The position numbers and the translations under genes are program-made. DNA of 64,000 nucleotides from Saccostrea cucullata (lineage: Eukaryota): contig NW_026938238.1 of assembly GCF_032062105.1 (NCBI RefSeq), forward strand, positions 186,001 to 250,000, read 5' to 3'. The notes under the pieces are model-generated. The model had not been told where the DNA came from. It was given only the letters and a program-made list of their open reading frames with translations, and did not search any database. This document shows positions 24,585 to 37,800 of the stretch, piece after piece. Numbering within the stretch: the stretch's first letter is position 1; each line of letters starts with the position of its first letter.

Positions 24585-25699
24585 AACGAATGCATGGAAA
24601 CTACATGTACTCTACAGTGATCCTTAGTTTATCAAAGAAATTTCTGTTTTTTGGAGGGGAGGGGGGTAAAAATTGTATGCTTCTTTTGTTTTCTACATTT
24701 ATATTCTTAATTCATTTTTGGTATCAGTAAAATGACTTCATTATGAAGAATGCACTTCTTAAATACATTCTTAAATACATTAAAATGATTTGTTTGTTCT
24801 CTGTTTGTTCTCTTTCATTTCACAGAAAACATACACCATGCATGATGAAGTAAATAGTAAAAGTAAATTGTTAAAGTAAATAGCCTTGTATTTTTAAATC
24901 ATCTCGTTTTATATACTTTTAAATCATCTAGTTTTATAAAAGATTTAATTACACTCTTTCTTCAAGTTAGTTCTTGTTAATGCAACTATTTCATATGAAC
25001 TTTGATGAATTGTGGACTTGATCCTGTAACGCTTTATATTTTGTACCAACACTTTCCTATACTGTAGACGACTTTTCTCCACAGGGTCATAATTCCGCGG
25101 AATCTCGATTTCTGTTCAATTGAAGAAGAAAATTTCGCGGAATTCCTAAAATCTCATTGTAAGCCTTACATGGAGATTAAGTACAATGGGGCAGTTTTCA
25201 GTGGAAAATTTGTTACTGGGTACATAGAATAAATTAATACCATGCGGAAAAAAGTTCTTCAACATTATTTTCTTCTTACAAAAGTAGAATCCACAGTGCA
25301 GGAATTATATGCAGGGACCCCCCCTTTATTTCTTCTCTTTTTTACCTTTTGCAAATGGCCAAATTCAAAACTAACACAACTGTAACAAAATTCATAGAAG
25401 CCTTTGAGTGGTAAAAGTAACATGGAGTAAAAAATAACCTTGTATTCAGGTCTTCCATAGCAAGAAATATGCAAAGTGTGGTGTACATCAATTCTAACTG
25501 GGAAGGGGGGGGGGGGTGTAATAAAAAATGTTCTGGATAAAATATAACATGAAAGAACAACTAAATGTACATGTAAAACCTGTGATTCTAATAATCTTTC
25601 TGTGAGCAGGAAAAAGTGAAGGAAAAACAGAAGTCTCAGATGAGACTGTAGCTCTATTGACTTATACTTTGTTTATTATCCCTCTTGAGAATTATTTAC

Positions 25700-25948
25700 C
25701 CTTATTGCAACCACACCACTTGCCAGTGGAAAGCTGCAAATTTTGACCTATACTCAGCAATAAAGTGTCATTGCGCAGTAATAAAACATTTTGTGCCAGC
25801 ACCTCTTGCAACATGGCACATCGATCTATATGGTTTCATCCGAAAAACCGGTCTCCACCTCCCCCAGTGGATTCAAACCCCTGATGTAAGGATCAACTCC
25901 TTACTCCCCGACTTGACAGCAGACACTCTTACTACTGCGTCACACAGG
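25700..25948 (-). mobile_element. Degenerate bivalve-type tRNA-derived SINE
   Basis: caccacttgccagtggaaagctgcaaattttgacctatactcagc...tcatccgaaaaaccg...ggattcaaaccc (reverse B-box). Recognised from memory of oyster SINE consensus. Confidence 0.45.
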
Positions 25949-26342
25949 TTTGTACTCATAACAAAGGAAGAGAAAATTAGCACCTGGTTTTTCACTTTGC
26001 CACAGAATAAATGAAAATGATGTATCTTAGTGTATTCTACTAGTGTGCCTAGTTACATTGAAATCGGACCAAAACTGTAGGAGGAGTAGCATTTTTGAAA
26101 AATTGTTTACAGACAATGAGACAGATGGACCAGTAGAGAGCTAAAAAAAAAAAAGAAGACCTTTTAGCTTAGCAATGATTTATTTTGTACAAATAACAAT
26201 AAAACAATGATTTTTTTTTTTTTTTTTTTACATTTGTGTCAAGATAAAAATGAGGCAATTGTTGGATAGAGTGGTTTAGACATAGATAGAAAAAAAAATT
26301 AATGAAATGTACATGTACTCTACATTAGTAAATAAAATTATA

Positions 26343-26514
26343 CAGTGAACTCTCATTAATCTGAATCTCAATGATCTGAATGTTTTACTTTCCAGATAAA
26401 ATTGGGGATGGTGATACACTTATATCTATTATTGATAACAGTTGGACTGTTCCAATATTTTGGGAGTTTGATTTGTATGGGATCTCAAGTGTTCAGATTA
26501 ACGAGGCTGGACTG
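26343..26514. mobile_element. pogo/Tc1-like MITE relic
   Basis: ta|cagtgaactctcattaatctgaa ... ttcagattaacgaggctggactg|ta. Confidence 0.55.
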
Positions 26515-27412
26515 TATATTTAGAATGGGATTGGAAGTTTATGGCATTAGTTAAACAGGATGGAAAGCCCTAAAAATGTCACCGTGATAGAGTACATTGT
26601 GGCCTAAGTACAACATGATTAACAATAACAAAAAACTGGAATTAAAAATGCTGTCAACTGAACAATAACAAACAATAATTCTCCATGCTACATCTCTGTG
26701 ATGACTTGAAATAAATGCATAATAATTAATTTTGCATGAAACTAGGATTGATAATTATACCACTTTTTCTTTTTCAAATTATAAAATAAATGCAAAAATA
26801 CTTGTGTTAATCTTTGGCATAACTGATGATAAAAATAAGTAACATATCCATGCGCCACATGCACACCTGAGTCACATATTTGAAAACCCTTGTTGTGGGC
26901 TTGTGGCCCATCATCATCCCCTTACTGCCACACATTCTTGAGGTTATAAAGCCGATGTTTGAACAAATTACATCTAGATTATGCACTATACGTATAGATG
27001 CATTCACATCATAGACATGCTATGCTAAATGATTCTTCATGAACATCTATGCCCTTATTGTGGCTACTCCATGGCCTTGTTGGCCAAAATTTACAAATCC
27101 GATTTATTTTTGGCTAGAATATTTTCACACAAGGTTTGGGTAATCCAATCAATCTTGAGATTTTGACTGGATCTGTACTCCAGCATTAAACGATTGAATG
27201 TTTTTTTACGTTTATGTTTGGGAGTTACATTCAGACCTACATGGACAACTACACAGAACAAACTCTGATCAGAAAAGCTCACTTAGGGCTACAGCTTTTA
27301 CGAGCTCATAAGTCAACATTTACTGGTTTCTGATCACAAGACATGGAAATACTAAATAACAAGTGCTTTCTGTCAAAACAAAAATATTATAACATCTTTT
27401 TGATACTGTTAA

Positions 27413-28570
27413 GGCTTAAAAAAAAAATAAGTTTGTTTCCTGTAACATTCCCAAAAAATCAAGGGTCGGTAGGTTGGAAATTCTTTTTTTTTTTTTTTTT
27501 TTTTTTTTTTGGTTGCTTATGAATGGTCAAACATCCCTGGACCGAAAATACAAGGTGATATATTTACAGTGGATACCCAATATGGCATCCAAAATGGCTG
27601 CCAAGCGGCAGAAAACGAACTTCAGAAAGTTGTAGGGGGAAACTGTTGTTACAATAATGATTACTCTTTATATTTAAGGTAAATGTACACTAAGTTGACA
27701 TATTTTATGTCTCAAATTAAGCTACAGGCTATTTTTTGAATTGGCTCGCGTAGCGAGCTACTCCCTGTTGACATAGCCATTTCAGAACTGTAAATTTTTT
27801 CACGCATTCATCAAGGTGATCCATACGCCAAATATGATAGTTCTTGCAAAAAATGCTTTTGTTTGAGTGATTGTATAAACTTAGGAGGTAAAATTTGTAT
27901 AAAATTTCATACTGTTACATTATTTATATCTTCATGCTTTTAAAGAAATTTTTGATTAAATATCTGTATGATGTACAATTACTGCGTATGAATATGTTCA
28001 AGCATGTTAGGCGGATCTAATCTTCCCATCTGAAGATTATTTATAATTGACCTAGAATACTCCCTAACACAAACACCTGCTGCTCCCATTAGCTGCAGCT
28101 AGTCTGCTTGAAAAATCTATTTTTAGAATCCAGATTTGCTGTGGGAATCTTTAAACTAATTACTTCATAATACTGACCACTTCAGCCAGTGTGCTTAAAT
28201 TCATTATAGAATCCAGGTTTGCAGAGCTGATTTTCACAATAATATGTATGGAAGCCCATTAGTGCCAGCCTGTATATATAAAGGAAAAGCAATATACACT
28301 TTATTTTTGAACCGAACATAAAATATTCAATCTCTTAAGATGCAAAATAAACTGAATATAAGGTATGGTCTCTAGATGTATGAAAAAGCTAAATTAACTC
28401 TTGCGAGTCAACTCACAGGCCCTTCAGGCCTTTGATTTAAATTTAATAAATGGAATCAGCTGATTGATCAAACGAAGTTTTGCCATTTGTCAGAAAAAAA
28501 AAAATCCACCCGGGGATAATTTGAATGGGTCGGTCGGGTTACAGGAAACAAACATATTTTTTTTTAGGCC
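27413..28570. mobile_element. PIF/Harbinger-like MITE (TAA TSD)
   Basis: taa|ggcttaaaaaaaaataagtttgtttcctgtaac ... gttacaggaaacaaacatattttttttttaggcc|taa. Confidence 0.75.
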
Positions 28571-29240
28571 TAATGATTCATAAAACAATCTTCACTGATG
28601 CAGCTTAACAGTCATACTAAAATGGACAAACAGTAAGTTTTATCAGTACTGGCTTATAAAATATCCATCAATTTTTATGCAGATATTATATTAGCACATT
28701 TAGAAAGCTTTTAACTTTGTAACATATACATGAATCTTGGACAAAAGTCATTATTTTGGAGAAATCATTCATCGGTACCTCCTAGATCCAAACATGTGAA
28801 GAATTTACAATAACAATTAAAAAAAAGAAATTGAATCGTACAATGATTTCATCCTCCCTGCATAAGATTCATATCAATTACATTAAAATCTTGGACCATT
28901 TTAGCATGCAGTATTATTGGCACTAATTTTTTCACAATGTTGGATATTATTATACAAAGCAGTCTCTAATTAAAAATTTTTAAAAGCAGTAAATTTATCA
29001 GATCTCAAGAAAAGCTTTGTTCAAAACAATTCCTACTACTATCCAATCTTTATAATAAAAATGTTGATCTTTGATCAAGTGCTGACACAAAATAAATAAA
29101 ATAAGTTATTAAATTATATTTGGTCATACATGCACATCTTTCAGACTGTTTTCTGCAGAAGTTAACCTTGGCTCTGTGTTGACACAAGACACACTTTGTC
29201 ATTGTTCACTTCTGTATGGATGGGATCTTGTCAAATTGGC

Positions 29241-32200
29241 TCATTTTTTCTTTCTCTCTTCTGTACACCGTGGACAAAACCATTTTCCTTTAGGTTTCAT
29301 GGTCAGCCCCACACACGCGAAGTGGAACCACTCAATGGGACACTGTAAATTATAGGATAAAAATTAACGTAAAGCATATCACCAGCATCTTGTAGAGCTT
29401 GCACTACATTTGTACAGGCTAAGAGACTGAGATGTGTCAGACAGATGTCTTATTGGTCCAGAAAAGCTAAAAGGTCTCATGTTGAGAAACTGACCAATCT
29501 AATCTCTCAAAAATACTTAAACAAAACTGCAGTTTACATCAGAATTCTATAAATTACTTTTTATTAATTAGAACTTTCCTTTTGTAAAATTACCTGAAAA
29601 AGTGCTTGCGAATTTTTATTTATCAAAAATAATACAACAATAACTAAAAATTCTTTAATATTATGTGTTCCTTAAAAATACCAAATGCCTGTATCTTGCA
29701 AAAATAAGGTTTTGGAATTTTTCCACCCCTTATCTTCAGTTTATGTATAAATGCATATGTATTAGATCGAAGTGACTACATTAGAATGAAGTTACGGACT
29801 TCGACATTCGCGGAACTTACGTCTGGATTATCACAGCCAATCATCTCGCCATATGAAACCTGGTGACAGAGACAGTAGGTCGGCTCATTGGGGTCAACAG
29901 GCATGTCAAGGACATCTGAGGGGTGGGTGATCGATAATGTCGACAAGATCGGTATGGACGACACAACCTCTTCTGGAGGGCTATAAATACCAGAGTAATT
30001 ATAAATATTAATGGTTGTATTATTCAATTATGGTTTATAATAGTTTTTAAATGATTTTAAATAAGTAAAATTATTGAAAATAAAAATATACATGTTTAAA
30101 AGTATGTACATGTATTTAATTCCATGCAGTTAAAATCAGTTATATTACATGTATAATACAACTTTTCTTTCTCTATACAGTACCTCTGCTGGCCTTTCTT
30201 CTTTTTCTTCTTGGGAATCTCATCATCAAATTCTTCTTTCTTCCTTTTCTTTTTGTCTTTATCTTTGTCTAAACAAGAATACTATTGTTTTAGATTTTGA
30301 AGTATAACTTGTGTTTTTGATGATGGTATTTATCTATAAGTGATGTACAAGGATTTAGCATAGTGTGGATGTCGTCTGGGGCACATATAGGAGGGAAATA
30401 ATAAGTTTAGCTTAGTTGGTTTAGCTAATTTCTCCTGTGGAGCCCAATTGCAGGGGTTTGAAAATAGCAAAAAAATTGAAAATTTTCAATGCTGTGTTTC
30501 CTCCTTCTAGCCTGAAAACAAATATGTATCATCATCTCTACTCCAGGTCATAATGTATATCAGTGGCGAGTCTAAGAGATAATGGGATGTACAGTTAATT
30601 ATGCACATACTCTTCTTGCCCGAGTCTGAATCAGATTTGAGCTTGGAGGCTGATGTCTTGTCTTTCAAATCTGCCTCAAACCTTGCCAAGTCAGCATCTA
30701 ACTTTCGTATATGTTTATCAACCTGCAAAAAAATTGTAAACTGTTAACGAGTTTAAAAAAAGGTCTAAAGTCATAAATTGGTTACACATTCTAATTACTC
30801 TACTAATCATTTAGTTATCATGACAACGTCTGATCTAAAAGATGAACAAGAGATGTTTGTAAAACACTTATGCCCCCTTCCCCCAAATAATTGGAATTTT
30901 TCTAAGTCCAAGGGGCATAACTCTGTCCAAAATGGCTTGATCATACTCAAAACAAAACTTGACATAGATATTCTTATGATAAATCTGTACACCAAATTTC
31001 ATTTCAATATGAGTAATCTCTGCGAAGAAAATGAACTGAAACTGCTAATTATTGGATTTTTTTAAGTCCAAGGGGCATAACTCTGTCCAAAATGGCCCAA
31101 TTGTACCCAAAACAAAACTTAGCCTAGATATTCTTATGATAAATCTGTATACCAAATTTCATTTCAATTGGTGCAACCTCTCCGAAGAAAATGAACAGAA
31201 ACTGAGGGTGGACCGAGCAACAGACAGCAGCAAAGCAATATGCCCTCCCTTCTTCGAAGGGGAGAATAAAAATAAACACATGCAAAAGAATATATGAAGC
31301 TAATAAAAAGGTTCAGAAAAATAATTAAGACTAGTTTTACTGAAAGTATTTTTACCATTTCATATGTCTGCATTGCTAACTGTACTTTGTCGTCCCCGTA
31401 CTCTCTGCTCTTGGAGAATTTGTTTTCTATTGTTGAGAGTTTTTGGGTTCGTTTCTCTGGAGACATTCCTCTGACATTCTTTAAATAGTCCTCAGAGAGA
31501 TGGTCTATGTCCTTAAGGAGGTCTAAAAAGAAAAACTAAGGTGATAAAAAAACTTGCTGAGAGTTCTGAATGGGACTACATGCAATTATTTATCAAGAAG
31601 TTTACTAGGAAAGACCTTCATAAGATTCTGTTCTTAGTCTAAAAATTCTTGGGAATCTCATGAAACAAAATTATTCAAAACATAACAAAACTACGAAAAG
31701 TTAATAAGGACATTTACACAGACACGCAGGCAAAATTAAAATAGTACTCCCCCCTCTCCTTCGCAGCAGGGGTATTATTAAGCATATAATGTACAGTTAG
31801 ATGCATACTATCTTCGGTCACTTTGATATTTACATTAGTTGGTGTTGTTCCTACTGGTCCTGATACTGTTATCATTTTATTAAAACAATTCATGGAAAAC
31901 ATCAGCATTAATATTTACTGACACAGACCTACATAGCATACTAAACAAAGCCAACTTTACAGAGATCCAAGCCTGGGTTGATATTATCAATATTTTTATA
32001 TATTGTCCCAGGTCTATAAAATAGGTCCATCGGACTACAGTAAAATAAACAGACCTTGACTGTCAAATTTTTGATAAAAAATCTAAGTGCATGGCTCCAG
32101 TACCGGTCCATCATGCAGTCTGCTGCACTAGAAAGAATGCTCTATTTTTAAAATGATAAATGTTTCATAGATCCAGTTTAAGGATAATGTGACTTCTGTG

Positions 32201-33314
32201 TAATGGCAACGTAGCAAAATAGACACAGACCATATCTCAAACTCAGTGCATTTACTATAAAACATCCAGAGTTTGGAATTCTGAATGTCAACTTGGCATG
32301 AAGAGAGTATAAAACATTGAGAAAAAGTGTTGAGTTCTTTAAAAGGTATCTATAATATCTCAAGAAGGTTTTTAATGATTAATTTCAGGGTTGTTCCTAA
32401 GAATTAACACAGATGGGGACATTTTGGGAAGTAGAAGGGGGATCTGGGAGTTAAGGAGGAATACCAAAATAACTGGAGAGTTACATCATAACAGACAGGA
32501 AAGTTCACAGCCCCAAGTTTTAGGGACAACCCTGTAATTTGATTGTTACTTTCAAAGCAACCCCATTCATTTTCTCGAATATTGTTTCGGAACGATTCTG
32601 CAATTCTCTGCTACATTGCAAGTATATGGGAGGCATACTAACTGTGTAGGGCCTCTCCCTAGACAAGGTTAGATATTTCTTACTAACTGCAATACTGCTA
32701 TGTAAAACAAAGTCAAGTCATGGTCACTGGTGACTGAGTGGTGAGGTCAGGCCCCCAAACACACTAGCCAACTACGTTCAGAAATATAAATCAGTTTAAA
32801 ATTATACCCTGTGTACGTTGATCCAGATCTCTCATCAGGTTAAAATTTCTTTGCAACTCTGTTGGCAATGTCTCTAGACCTATATAAAAATACATTAAGT
32901 GATTGAGATTCAACAAAATATTAATATTACATTTTGAGATATTCCCTTTAAAAAGTTTTTTGAAATTTGACAGTTCATGTACTTTAAGATTCAAGAACTA
33001 AAATGAACTTAAATTAAACTTTCCTCTTTTCTTACACAGATGATTTCTTCATATATCTAAAAAATCTCTTTTTCACAAAGATAATGTCACTTAATGATTA
33101 AAAGTTCGATAATTTAGCCATTTCTGGCGCAATTTCTTTAAAATCTCTTTGAACAACTTTCAAAGAAAATTGAGTAATCCATTTGCATTTCTATACGTAG
33201 AACAGAAGGTGTATTAATCATAAGAACTTTAAACTAAAAATGTTTTGAACAGTTCTTCTTAAAAATGCAATTCTTACTGTCCAGATAGTGCTCCAAATAC
33301 ATTGCAGTCGCCAT
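29241..33314 (-). CDS. ING5: Inhibitor of growth protein 4/5 (PHD finger), 244 aa, 7 exons
   Basis: Exons 33314-33278, 32879-32808, 31522-31356, 30722-30611, 30268-30184, 29980-29821, 29342-29241 (735 nt). [57 protein letters not shown] and [41 protein letters not shown]...WFCPRC. Probably co-orthologous to vertebrate ING4 and ING5. Confidence 0.95.
30846..31272 (+). mobile_element. Helentron-associated (HINE/CvA-type) element in an ING intron
   Basis: aacaagagatg 5' end, two ~160-bp internal repeats (taagtccaaggggcataactctgtccaaaatggc), 3' stem-loop ccctcccttcttcgaagggg followed by an A-rich end. Confidence 0.7.
32386..32534. mobile_element. Small CAGGG-ended MITE with 6-bp TSD
   Basis: taattt|cagggttgttccta ... 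tagggacaaccctg|taattt. Confidence 0.7.
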
Positions 33315-34852
33315 GTTTGCAGTGCTCTAATTATAACTAGGTCATGTGACTAATTTTGTTGCGGCTTCAAATAGCACAAAAATTGACAATCGGATATTTT
33401 ATTTTCTAAACAATGACTGAATGGAGATTATATCGAGAAAAAAAAACTTGACTAAAAAAAATAAATAGGGATCTTCCTTAAGCAAGAGCTAGGGATCGAG
33501 TTAATCTTTATATTAAATTTCACTTTTAAAAAAACAACTCAAAGGTTTCTCGAGATATCGCACGGAATCGAACTTGTTAAAACAGGCAGAATGTATGAAA
33601 TTATGACCTTGACCTATGACTCCGATTGGGGGTGTTTCTTGGGCAAAAGATAATTTTCAGTAGACCCAAATTAACAAGAGTTATTTCCCGTCGGCCGCCA
33701 TATTGGGGGGGGGGGGTTAACATGCTCATATTCCTTCATAATTCAACCAACTTTAACTTTTTGTACTGGCAATTGTTGGCTACTAGGAAGCATTGTTTTT
33801 CTGAACAAAAATATTATACATTTGTCAGAGCCTTCTTTATTTCATAATGTTTATTCCTTAAAGATGTTCCCCCAAATATTGCTGCTACATCCTCTTATAT
33901 TTAGTAGGACAAAGAGGGAAAATTACCTGGTTGACCACCAAGATGGCGGCCAACGGGAAATAACTCTCACTAATAGTCTTCTGAAAACTATCTTTAGGGT
34001 GTCGTGTAAAATTTCATTGCAAACTGAGCTCAGAAGATTCTCGAATTATCACACGAAAACGAAAGTGTTCCAGAGAGCCAAAAATATAGACGGACGGTGA
34101 AAGCGGGGGAACAAAATTGAAATGCATGGGTTCAAGAAAAATGCAATTTTTTAAATTCAATTTTAATATCTACATGGCTTAAAATGTAAAATGGACCTTC
34201 AATCAATAATTAAAGCAAAATACTTAATGAACAGTGATGAAATTATGTTGTATAAAGATTTTCATATGATCTGCAGTCTATATTTCTCTTCATTAGCATA
34301 TTAATTACATAATCATTTACCGTTATGAAGAATTTTCAAAAAAGGGGGTATAAATTGTATATAAATTTTGATTTTTTTTTTTTTTTTTTTACCTTACAGG
34401 GCCAATCTCAGAATCGTAACAAAGGCGAAAAATGATATTGATATCGAAATATAAAAAATATGGGCAAGGAAATCTTGTATTTTTGATAAGTTTTTGTGTA
34501 TTGGGGGGGGGGGGGCTACACCGGATATCCATTCGTCAGGTGCCTGTGGTAAAATGTAGAGAATGCATGCATGGATCGATTAAAAATTGGGTAGGCCTAA
34601 TATATACATTGTGAAATTTAATTAATTTATTTTAGATAAAAGGACAGATTATACTTACTGTACAAAAATAACACAGAATCGTAACTAGTTTTCTTAATTT
34701 TACTTTAGATAAAGGACAGATTATACTTACTGTACAAAAATAACCCAGAATCATAACTCGTTTTCTGAAGGGTTTGGTTCTTGTCCGTTTTTATCCGAAT
34801 ATAAACCTTTCGAATATATCCCGACTGCGAAGGAAAACATCGCCGATGGCCG
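33315..34852. promoter_or_regulatory. Divergent (head-to-head) ING/NEURL4 intergenic promoter region
   Basis: Start codons are 1.54 kb apart on opposite strands. The interval contains a TIR element (33677-33967) and a ~73-bp tandem duplication (~34628-34765). Confidence 0.6.
33677..33967. mobile_element. MITE-like element with ~30-bp TIRs containing a YY1-type motif
   Basis: agagttatttcccgtcggccgccatattgg ... ccaagatggcggccaacgggaaataactct. Confidence 0.6.
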
Positions 34853-37800
34853 ATGGCGATGGCTCTGAAGTTCCACAATCGTGTTGGAACGCTTGTCGCA
34901 CTCAGTAACAACAACTGCACGGCTCAGAGGAACCACCCTACCCAGGAATTCAACAATGGGGTAGTTATGAGCGCGGAACCACTGCAGGACAATGTCCCTT
35001 TTGAAGTCAGAATTGACAGAAAGGTATTTTCGCTAAAAATTGTATTTATCCCATTCAGTGATTCATTTCTTCGTGGAATTTTTTTTTGCACCAAGAAGAT
35101 ATAGGTGATATAGAAGCAATACAATCGCTAAATGATTTCAGTCTTTAATGAGTTTACATTTGAATGTTAATTAGATATAGTTCGAATTTCCTCGTAATAT
35201 GCAGGGATTGAATAATGTAGATCAAGCATTCTCGTAATGTTTTCAGTCATATGATAATTATAAACAGCGTCTTTCCTTAGGTCAACTCCTGGAGTGGTTC
35301 GATTGAGATTGGTGTGACAACATGTGACCCAAGCACGCTGAAGTTTCCTATCAGTGCTACTGGTTTTCGCGAGGGAACATGGGTGATGTCAGGGAGCTCT
35401 ATTCTGAGAGATGGACATTCTGTCATTGAGGAATATGGAGCAGATCTAGATCAGCTCAATGAAGGTGCTGGATATGGAACATTCTTATTTAGTTACACTG
35501 TCATGTCTTACAACATGTGTCAAAAAGGTCTAATATTATGCCCTGTTCACACGATAAGTTTAATTCGCAGTAAATTAATGCGAAGTAAACTAATGCGAAT
35601 CAAACTAATGTGAATTAAATTGCGTTCACACGACAGCTAATGCGAAGTAAACTAATGCGAATTAAAATTCTACTTCGACAGTCAGGCGTCAGTAAAGCTA
35701 TTATGACGTCATTTGCAAATCACGTCACCTTATGCAGAAGCAGATGCATTTGACATAATGTCACAGTGTCTGTACACATATTTTAGTGATTAACACATTT
35801 TTTCTTAGTTTTTCACTCAAAAATAGCACAAGTACTTAAGACTGACCACCGACATGACGCATTTGACTTAATTTTGCCATTACGCATGCCCCAAAATTTA
35901 ATTCGAATTAGCTTCGCTTAGCGTTCACACGGAGATAATGCGAATAATTTAATGCGCAGTAAACTAATTCGAATTAAACTATTTCGCATTAAATTCCCAG
36001 TGTGAACGCTAAGCGAAGCTAATTCGCAGTAAACATGCGTTTAATTCGAATTAACTCTCCGTGTGAACAGGGCACTAGTAATAGTAATATGTTTGTGTAA
36101 AAAGCATTGAAATCAACATTGTGTTGGTTATGATATTTGCTCCATTGGCAAAGTATCTTATATGACATATTCCCAATCAGTCATATTGACTGTTGTAAAC
36201 AGATGATAAAGACAAAAAAAAAAGTCACAGAAACTTGTACTGTAGCAAAAAAACATAGGTAAAGCTGAACATTTGTAAAATACAAAACAATGCAAAACTG
36301 CAAATCAACACATTGAGGTTAAATTTGTGGAAGATACCCACATGTAGATACTTAACAGTATTCTATATAATCTATATCTAAAGTTGTAAACTTAAAGATA
36401 TAAAACAGATCACCATAACTTTATGAGAATGGAGCTGTGAATTTATTTAGTGGATAGGCTTTGACCAGTGTTAGTTGTTCACCAACACTAAGTAAGAATG
36501 CAGCTGTAAATTTATTTAGTTGACCGATTTCAACTAGAGAAGGTAACTGTCTCTGGTTGAAACCAGTCAACTATATAAATTCACAGCTGCATTCTCATGA
36601 AGTGTCGGTGATCTGTTTCATGTCTTTAAGTTTATAATTTATATAAGGAAGAAAATTATCTCTGCCTGCCATATTAGTCTCCTCTAGTTTGTATTCCTCC
36701 AGGACATATTTTTTCATGGTTAAATGTACTTCCCAGAATATACTTTTAAAATTCTTGATGTTAATTTAATATGTTTAGAAAATAATAGTATTTTTTTAAT
36801 CAGGTGAGAAGGTTGGTGTTATGCGGACCACTGATGGTACTCTCCATTTTCTTGTTAACGGTGTTGACCAGGGTCCCGCTGCCAATGGTATTGCTTCCAA
36901 AGTGTACGCCATAATTGATATGTATGGGAAATGTGCGCAGGTCACAATTGTTGACAACACTCCTGGAACCAATCAGGAAAATGGTGGGTGCATAAATTGC
37001 CGTAACTATAAAATTACTGTTCCTCTTTCTGATGTGTTGATAAAAGAATTTTGTGATTACTTACTTTTCTCAAATTTTAGACCATGTGCTACTGCAGTAA
37101 TTGAAAAAAAAAACAAACCTTTTTAATGACAAGTGTTTTGATCTACATTGTATTTCTTCTGGTATTGTAAATGGAATGAAATGTAATTTTCAGTATAATG
37201 TAAAAAAGAGGCTTAACATGCATTTGCTAGTAATAAGAGCATTCTGTTATACACGTTTGAATTGTATTCACTGTAGATGGAATTTCTACGGATGTTGCCA
37301 GCCAGCTAGCCAATGAATTCCTTACTCAGCTCTCCAATCAGATTGTTAATGACTTGACCAGAAATGTAGAGGCTCTGGGACTAGATAATGTAGCCTCAAA
37401 CTCTAATAATGAGAAACTGACATTCCATGAGCGTTGTGGGAGCCTGGTCAAGCTAAGCAACAGCCGTCGTACGGCAGAGAGACGACACCCGCTGGACGAG
37501 TTTAACAATGGAGTAGTCATGACCAATCGACCTCTGAAAAATGATGAGTTATTCGAGGTCAGCAAGGATTTAGAAAAAATGATAAAACTTCATGTGAATT
37601 TGGTATTTTTCCTTTTCATTTGTCAAAAAAGGTTGAGATATATATGTGGAATCTTTTTTTTTTGTCCACAGATTCGCCTGGATGTTTTGGTTGATAAATG
37701 GTCAGGCTCTATAGAAGTGGGAATAACAACACATAATCCATCCATGCTAGATTTCCCAGCAACCATGACCAACATGAGATCAGGTAATTCTTTATACTCC

